Source: an uncultured Spirochaetota bacterium (GTDB lineage: Bacteria > Spirochaetota > Spirochaetia > SZUA-6 > Fen-1364). From it: a DNA stretch of 64,000 bases. Numbering within the stretch: position 1 is the stretch's first letter; the number at the start of each line of letters is the position of its first letter. The notes beneath the pieces were generated by a model that saw only the letters and a list, made by a program, of their open reading frames with translations, ran no database searches and was not told the DNA's origin. Both the position numbers and the translations under genes were made by a program. Of the stretch, positions 58,049 to 64,000 are shown piece by piece. The DNA is taken from the NCBI GenBank assembly GCA_963845535.1, contig CAWJSK010000015.1, positions 256,001 through 320,000 on the forward strand, in the 5' to 3' direction.

Positions 58049-58726
58049 ATAGAGAAAATAAAAGGCTATGTTTTCATAGCTTGACAAGAGAGCGCCTGTT
58101 CCGCTATACGCCCGTTAGATAAAAGAACCGCTGATTTGAGCCTCTGGCTTGCAGGGCGATATGGAAATACTCGCTAAAAGAAGGAAGGCAACTTGTTCTT
58201 CTTTTCAAAGAAAAAATCAGAAGGCACATCGGATATCAATCGTTCGCTTCTTCAACAAAGCGATGCCTCTGATGACAGCTTTTTCCTTCAAACGACCTTC
58301 AAAGGAATGAAGGTCGCTGGGCATATCAACTTCGTCTCATTCGATCTGCTTCAAGTTGAAATCGATAGCCCGTACTCGGACCTAAGGGATGGCTATTACA
58401 ACGATTTCGCAGAGATTCCCGAAAAATATTGGTACGTAAAAGACAATGGGATAACAGAGTTTTGCCGCAGGGACGCAAAGAAGCTCCTTATTCAACTCTA
58501 TCAAGCTGCTTATCTTTTCAACCACGAACCCCGCACCGTCCAAAAGGCGCTTCTACATGGCATCGAGCTTGGTAATGAATACTACGCTAACAAGGACGCT
58601 TCCAACAAGGAGATTGTTGTTCCTCGCCAGGCCTTCCTTCCACTCCTTACCACGCATGTTTGCCACTTCTCGCCAGAGACTGATGCCGGGCGCGGACACC
58701 CGGCGTGCCGCATAGCTTTGGGGTAG

Positions 58727-59524
58727 TTACACCTCGTCTGAAACAACATCAGATTCATCGATGATTGTGCGCCCCTGAGCAGCGCCTTCGAAAAGGGTAC
58801 GAAGGCATACACGATTGATACGCCGGGGAATGCCGAGGGAACGCTTATGGATTTCCGCTTTGGCATTATCTGAGAAGATCGGCGTTGGTCTGCCCGCGTG
58901 AGCGACGGCGTGGTCTATATATTCGCAGGAATCCTTGAGAGATAGAGCGGAGAACTCGACCCAGTGACGTATTCTCTGATGGACGGAGGCCAAGCGCGAA
59001 TAGCGTAAGGTCTCCTTGAGCTCGGGCTGACCGCAGAGGACGAAGGTGATCTTGGATTTGGAATCTGAGTCGAAGTTGACCAGATTCTTGACGGACAGGA
59101 GAGCCGACTCCTTCATGTCCTGCGCGTCATCGATGGCGACGACGGGCTTGCGGGGGTGCTCGGCAATGGACTTGAAATACAGGGCGCGTGCCTTTGCATA
59201 ATTGTAGGGCGGTTCCACGAGGAGGGAGAGAAGGATCGACTTGACGAGGTCTGCGGCGGAAAGGCCGAGGCCGCGGAGGTAGATCGGGGAGAAGCGATTG
59301 GGGTCCAGTGCGGCGATGAAAGATCGCAGTGCAACGGACTTGCCCGAGCCGATGGGACCTGAGATGAGAAGGATATCCTCGCATTCGACGCCCAGAGAGA
59401 GCATGGCCACCGCGTTGGCCAGCGACGGGGAGGGGAATGCGTCGGGGCTTTCAAAATCCTTATCGAAGGGCATACGGAGGAAACCGTAGAAGTTCATGAC
59501 GGGATGAGCGGTGGTGGTGGTCAT
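58727..59524 (-). CDS. ExeA/TniB-like AAA+ ATPase (transposition helper)
   Basis: FYGF..MPF, GPIGSGKS, AIDDAQ, LCGQPEL, GIPRRIN; ATGA overlap with transposase. Confidence 0.9.
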   Translation of the reverse strand: MTTTTAHPVMNFYGFLRMPFDKDFESPDAFPSPSLANAVAMLSLGVECEDILLISGPIGSGKSVALRSFIAALDPNRFSPIYLRGLGLSAADLVKSILLSLLVEPPYNYAKARALYFKSIAEHPRKPVVAIDDAQDMKESALLSVKNLVNFDSDSKSKITFVLCGQPELKETLRYSRLASVHQRIRHWVEFSALSLKDSCEYIDHAVAHAGRPTPIFSDNAKAEIHKRSLGIPRRINRVCLRTLFEGAAQGRTIIDESDVVSDEV

Positions 59525-60900
59525 GGGGCATCCTTTGGGGAGAGCTTTGAGTAAGCAACGGGGGAGAGATTTTCGGTGAGCATACGGGCGTGCTGCTCGC
59601 GGAGCACTTGGAAATAGTTGGAGGCATGGGAGCTGACCTGGCGGTTGGCGGCCTTGGATTCCTCGGGAAGAGCGGTGGCGGTTCTGTTGACCAGCTTGGA
59701 GACGGAGGTCGTCTCTGCGCACACTCTGTCCTTGAAGATGAAGAGGCGCGAGAGGTCGAACGGATCGTAGCGCGCTTCCACTACGGAGCCGTGGGGCGCG
59801 CAGGTGACAGGGTATTCGTTGGACTCGCACTTGATCTTGCCGTACTTGGTGACGGTACGGCTGACGCGCATGAGGAAGAGGGCTTCGAACCAGGCGATGT
59901 CGGCGACGCGGCGGATTTCCTTATGCAACGCGTTGGCGAAACGCCTGTCAGGAGCCTCGCCGGTCTGGGAATGGATGCGGAGGTTGTACTCGAGGTCGAC
60001 CCAGGCGGCGAAAGCGGAGTTGAGCTCTTCGAGGGTCTTGAAGCCGGCGCGCTGGGCTTCGCCCTGGAAGTCGTTTTTGATGGTCTTGTTGACCGCTTCG
60101 ACCTTGCCTTTGCAGTAGGCCTGGTAGGGCTTGTGGTGAAGCTTGGCCGTTTTGAGCTGGCCGAGGATCCAGGCGAACTGCTTGGCGATGTAAACCGAAC
60201 CGTTATCCAGATAGACCTTGAGAGGAATGCCCCAGCGAAGGACCAAGCGTTTGAAGGTGTCCTCCATGCGGGGGAGCTTTTCGTCGAAGTAGTACCTGCC
60301 CGAGAGAATCTTGCGGGAATAGTCGTCGATCCAGACGAAAAGGTAGGTCTTCCTCTTGCCGTCCTTTGTGTCCAGCCAGATGCCGTCGCGGGCGTCGCCC
60401 TGAACAAGATCCAGAGGGCGTGCGGCCTGGAAGCGGTGGTAGGACATGCGTCCGTCTTCGCACAACAGCGCATATCGTGCCTTCTGTGATAGGCCGTGCT
60501 CGAGAAGGAAGCGGTAGATCGAGCGATCGGATACCTTCTGGACGCTTTGCGCCAACCGCGAATCGACCGCGAGAAGCTTGCGAAGCTTGGGCACGGTGCG
60601 CTGGGGCCGTTCCTTGACAAGGGCGAGGATGGCCTCGGCGAGCTCGCGGTTGTGAATCCTCGGGGACGGAGTGTGCACGCGCGGCATGAGGAAGGCTTGC
60701 GCTCCGCCCTGCCTGTAACGGGCGATGTAGTTGCGGATCGTCCTATCCGAGAGGCCGTAGCGTGAGCGGTACTCATCGCGGAGTTGTCTGCGTTCCTTCA
60801 GGGACAGAGATTCATCGGCAAGGGATTCGACGAGTTCGAGGATGTTGGCGCTTTTCTCGAAATGGGCCTCCGACAGGCTCTGCCAGTCGTTCTCAGCCAT
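59521..60900 (-). CDS. DDE transposase (rve integrase core + Mu-like C-terminus)
   Basis: HTH N-terminus, QGD, WIDDYSR, YLDNG, KGKVEA, YN.RIHSQ, RYDPFDL. Confidence 0.93.
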   Translation of the reverse strand: MAENDWQSLSEAHFEKSANILELVESLADESLSLKERRQLRDEYRSRYGLSDRTIRNYIARYRQGGAQAFLMPRVHTPSPRIHNRELAEAILALVKERPQRTVPKLRKLLAVDSRLAQSVQKVSDRSIYRFLLEHGLSQKARYALLCEDGRMSYHRFQAARPLDLVQGDARDGIWLDTKDGKRKTYLFVWIDDYSRKILSGRYYFDEKLPRMEDTFKRLVLRWGIPLKVYLDNGSVYIAKQFAWILGQLKTAKLHHKPYQAYCKGKVEAVNKTIKNDFQGEAQRAGFKTLEELNSAFAAWVDLEYNLRIHSQTGEAPDRRFANALHKEIRRVADIAWFEALFLMRVSRTVTKYGKIKCESNEYPVTCAPHGSVVEARYDPFDLSRLFIFKDRVCAETTSVSKLVNRTATALPEESKAANRQVSSHASNYFQVLREQHARMLTENLSPVAYSKLSPKDAP

Positions 60901-60937
60901 GCATCTGACCTCCTTCGGTCGTGATGCACACCCTTTA

Positions 60938-61564
60938 CTATGGCGGCTGGGCGATTGGAATGCATGACCGATTGAAACGTCTCCAGAATTCCAGGCTAGG
61001 ACCCAGCCAGAGCAACGGCCTGAGGGAAAGAGCGACCAGGGAGCCGGAGAGTTCTTGTGCGGTCTTGAGGAACGTGTCCCACAGCAGACACAGGGTCACG
61101 CACGGATTGGTGCCGGGAGCAAAAGACGGACCTTCGGACCGACCGGAGGCCAGCAGCTCGGCAAGGACCGGAAGCTTGGCTTCTACGGCGGCGCACACAT
61201 AGCGGATGTGCTTCCTGGCCGTCCGCGAGTCCAGGCAGCCCAGGGCCGCGCAGGCCGCGTCGGTGAATCCCGGACATCCGTCTCGCCCTCTTTCCAGGAG
61301 CTTTACCAGTCCCTCGCTCCAGAAGGGACTGCGCGGGATGAGATGCTCCGGCAACATCCGTTTGGTATATGGCCGCCCTGTCCCGCGCGACGCTCGACAA
61401 ATGATCGTAGCCACACGGAGAATACTCCGCACACCGTCGCTTCCGACGCAACAGCGTATCGGGTAGGAATGGAACTCAAGCGCGTGGCGATCCCCGCAAA
61501 GGGGGCAGCCGAAACGGACTACGGCTACCTTGATGAGGGCGATGAGGTCTTGAAGTGTTTTAAC
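60938..61564 (-). CDS. Zn-ribbon accessory protein of the element (DUF6431-like); start uncertain
   Basis: Open frame extends upstream of track start and contains CPLCG (61496-61507), H.Y.R, RMLPEHLIPRSPF. Confidence 0.6.
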   Translation of the reverse strand, partial: VKTLQDLIALIKVAVVRFGCPLCGDRHALEFHSYPIRCCVGSDGVRSILRVATIICRASRGTGRPYTKRMLPEHLIPRSPFWSEGLVKLLERGRDGCPGFTDAACAALGCLDSRTARKHIRYVCAAVEAKLPVLAELLASGRSEGPSFAPGTNPCVTLCLLWDTFLKTAQELSGSLVALSLRPLLWLGPSLEFWRRFNRSCIPIAQPP

Positions 61565-62248
61565 TTAAGCAGGTACGCTACCTTGTTTGGTTTTGCGGCG
61601 TGGGCGTTCGAAAACCCGCCAAGGCATGCGGACGCTCACGCTCATTGTCCTGCCAATAGTCATGGCGGCAGGTGGGGAAAACTTCCCTGGCGAAAGATGC
61701 TACGCTATTCTGGCAGGTTGGGGAAGAAAGCGGAAAAAGCTACTGGCGGGGAACAGATTGTTGAGGCATACAGCATCGATCAAAATGGGAAGGTTCGCAA
61801 GATAGCCGACTACGGCGAACTGGCACTAATGAAGGATACACGTCCTTTTGAAGAACAACGGGACTATTTCATTTTGAACCGTATTTTAGATCGGCTCTAT
61901 TTCGATTACAAAGTCTGGATAGACCGGGATGTGCTCACCCAGTTGATAAAAGGATGCTTTGGCGTTTCGCTGGTGTATCCGAATCGCCTTGAGATGATCA
62001 TTAGCGAGCGGCTTCAAGAGCCTCAAAGAGGCAAATACTGGCAAAGGTTCTGATTCCATCTCCGGTATACTACCCGTGAAATCGACTTTTTATTTCTCAC
62101 TTTCCTCTTTGAGAGTTCCATGACGCAATGACTACCTCTATTTCGTGGCTCGGGTATATACCAAGTAAGATGAGTCTTTTGGGTCAATCTTGGCCGGAAA
62201 GGCACTGGGAGTGTATGTATCTCGAATCGCATATACGGATTCCCGAAC

Positions 62249-62645
62249 TGTTGCTGTCCTGGGTCAGGTAGATTCCTCAGGTAAGGGGCAGCCAGGTCAG
62301 CTGGATTCCCCACCTGGGGCGCGTCAGGGTCATCGAGATTCCCCACTTTTCAAGCTCCCAGGGTCAGCTGAATTCCCCACCCCGTAGGTGGTGGATACGC
62401 TGTCTCCCACGGGGAGGGGACAGCGAGGATGAGCTGTCGAGCGATGAACAAACGAGACCTGTGGGAGATCTACCGTAGGTGGCAAAGCCGACAGACCCTG
62501 TCGCAGATCGCCGGCAACGAGGGTCGCGACCGCAAGACGGTACGCCAGTACTTGAAGCGGTTGGTGGCGGTGGGCTTGAAACAGAGCGGGGCCGCCGTAG
62601 AGCAGCAACACTTCTACCAGGTGGTGGGGGCCACGCTGCCAAAAA
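62249..62645 (+). mobile_element. Truncated IS21-family element: left end with repeats and 5' istA
   Basis: TGT start, four GGTCA-N4/5-ATTCC(C/T)CA repeats at 62262, 62295, 62328, 62362; ORF 62429 EIYRRWQ...SQIA...GRDRKTVRQYL (IstA HTH), similarity lost after about 70 codons. Confidence 0.75.
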
Positions 62646-63219
62646 GCGTAAGAAAATTCGAAACGTCGAGATTTCTTCCGTCAGCAATGACAAAAATGTT
62701 GCTATCCAGAAAAAAGAGACCCTTGCAGCCACCACCAACAGATTGAAGTCATTCATTGTTTTCAAAGAGCAGGTCGCTCAGAACTGCAAGTCTCGGCTTG
62801 CTTCTTTTGAAAGAAACAAATGCAGCCAAAGCCAAGGTCGAGGCTAGAAGATTGGCGCGGGAGATGAAAGTATCAGAATCGTGGCTTCAACAAATGAAAC
62901 TGATCTCCAAAAAGCCCCAGTACACCAAGGAAGCGTTGAAATTGGCTCGACAAATGGGGCCAGAGGCAGGAACGCCACCAACCAAAACACAGGTCGTCAA
63001 TACGATACGGTCGGCAGAGAAGCACGTTATCTGGGTGGCCGACGGCGCCACAAGCGCGCACGAGACAAGCCATGCTCCGCCTCTTCGGATCGAACAAGAA
63101 CGGGACCAGAGGCTGACAAGCGGGGAGACCCCCGAGTTTCGGCTGCCGCCTTTGCGCCCGCGAGGGCGGGATTTCGGGCGTCCCGCCGAAGAACATTCCC
63201 TGTCCAACGCGAATCCCGA

Positions 63220-63380
63220 GTGATCGGGTAGACCTTTGCCCAGGTCTTCACTTGCGCCGGCTTTCACGGAGAAACAGCAGTCCCTGTCGATCCTGAGGAA
63301 GGCGGCCAGCTCTTCCTGGCTCGCTTCGCCCTTGGCGTGCAAGGCCAGAAGGATTCTGTGTTCTTGACGTAGGACGCGTG
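63220..63380 (-). pseudogene. Possible MarR-type HTH remnant
   Basis: QEHRILLALHAKGEASQEELAAFLRIDR. Confidence 0.35.
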
Positions 63381-63387
63381 ACGTCGC

Positions 63388-64000
63388 TCACTTTTTGTCC
63401 GGCGTCGCCTGTCGCTTTTTCAGGTAACTCAGGACCAACTCGACGATCCTGTCGAGCCCGATCCTGCCGGAATCGAAGGAAAAGTCATACTGCCGCGCAT
63501 CGCTCCAGTCATTTCCAGTAAACATGTGGTTATAGCTCGCCCGTTCCCTGTCACTGCGCGCGACCATTTTCTCCGCGGCTTCTTTCTCGATCTTGAAGAG
63601 CTTCTGAACTCGGTCCCTTCGAGACGCCAGATCGGCATGAAGGAAGATGCTGAGATGATTCGGGAAATCGCGAAGCAGGTGGTAGCCGCACCGTCCTATG
63701 ATAACTGCGGAGCGTTCCTTTGCGATGCCCTGGATCACTTTCGATTCAAGCTTGAACAGCCCTTCGTTCATCGGCAGGATTTCCTTCGGTGGTATGTATG
63801 CGTCCGGGACGCCGAGGGCGAAAAGTGGTACGAGTGACTTCCAGAACGAGACGATCTTCTCATCGTTCGACTCCAGATCCGCTTCCGCCAATGAAAGGCT
63901 TTCCGCGACCTTTCTGATGATCTCACGATCCGCGTAGGAGATGCCCAGTTTCCTGGCCAACTGTTGGCCCAGGTAGGCCCCACCGCTTCCCAGTTGCCGG
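63388..64000 (-). CDS. Cytidylate kinase-like family protein (5' end outside window)
   Basis: RQLGSGG, ISYADREII, VIIGRCG, D.ERASY, YDFSFDS. Confidence 0.88.
   Translation of the reverse strand, partial: RQLGSGGAYLGQQLARKLGISYADREIIRKVAESLSLAEADLESNDEKIVSFWKSLVPLFALGVPDAYIPPKEILPMNEGLFKLESKVIQGIAKERSAVIIGRCGYHLLRDFPNHLSIFLHADLASRRDRVQKLFKIEKEAAEKMVARSDRERASYNHMFTGNDWSDARQYDFSFDSGRIGLDRIVELVLSYLKKRQATPDKK

Larger units (their letters stand above)
58618..61755 (-). mobile_element. 3138-bp three-gene Mu/Tn552-like transposable element
   Basis: Ends TGTTCCTCGCCAG and (reverse complement) TGTTCCCCGCCAG; 6-bp TSD GATTGT at 58612-58617 and 61756-61761. Confidence 0.92.
58193..62053 (+). pseudogene. 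238-aa hypothetical gene interrupted by a transposon (58193-58617 + 61762-62053)
   Basis: Removing the element and one TSD joins ...ASNKEIV to EAYSIDQNGK... in frame (717 bp). Confidence 0.85.

Noticed and set aside
57000..58190. Integron attC-like signals (GGCTAAC, GTTAGCT, GTTAGAT)
   Set aside because: No paired R''/R' boxes with an inverted-repeat stem and no IntI; 58081-58110 reads better as a TTGACA-18-TATACG promoter
61055..62053. 332-aa plus-strand ORF as a real gene
   Set aside because: First part is antisense to the transposon accessory gene; only 61762-62053 is the tail of the interrupted gene
62262..62380. Regularly spaced repeats resembling a mini-CRISPR
   Set aside because: Repeats about 19 bp with about 14-bp gaps, no cas genes, and they precede istA; they fit IS21 terminal repeats

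Overview
High-GC bacterial chromosomal window, probably from a free-living spirochaete (inferred from the AGGxxE-type binding-protein N-terminus and the spirochaete-style STAS proteins). 1-7.2 kb: a nuoA-B-C-D-H-I-J(partial) complex I-like operon with no nuoEFG, headed by a 1023-aa FAD/Fe-S/CCG oxidoreductase. 7.3-18.5 kb: two sigma54 modules. One is an OrpR-like PAS activator with NifX-like and MBL targets. The other is a sugar ABC transporter plus UroD-family enzyme, divergent from an NtrC-type regulator and an unusual soluble histidine kinase whose N-terminal domain is a degenerate sugar-ABC ATPase (top finding). 19-31 kb: a c-di-GMP/partner-switching signalling cluster whose upstream regions share 11-bp-periodic Pho-box-like repeats, plus GH79 and an RHH-RHH-collagen-ACT operon. 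31-43.6 kb: redox genes, a TetR operon and a xylan locus (ABC, GH10, GH43). 43.7-64 kb: a visibly lower-GC plastic region. It holds a Xer-like recombinase next to a dif-like site, a histone-H1-like repeat protein, tandem paralogues, a LuxR pair with a shared promoter motif, a complete 3138-bp three-gene transposon with 6-bp TSD interrupting a gene, and IS21 and hsdM relics. About ten single-base frameshifts, mostly in short homopolymers, are probably sequencing errors. I saw no rRNA, tRNA or CRISPR array.
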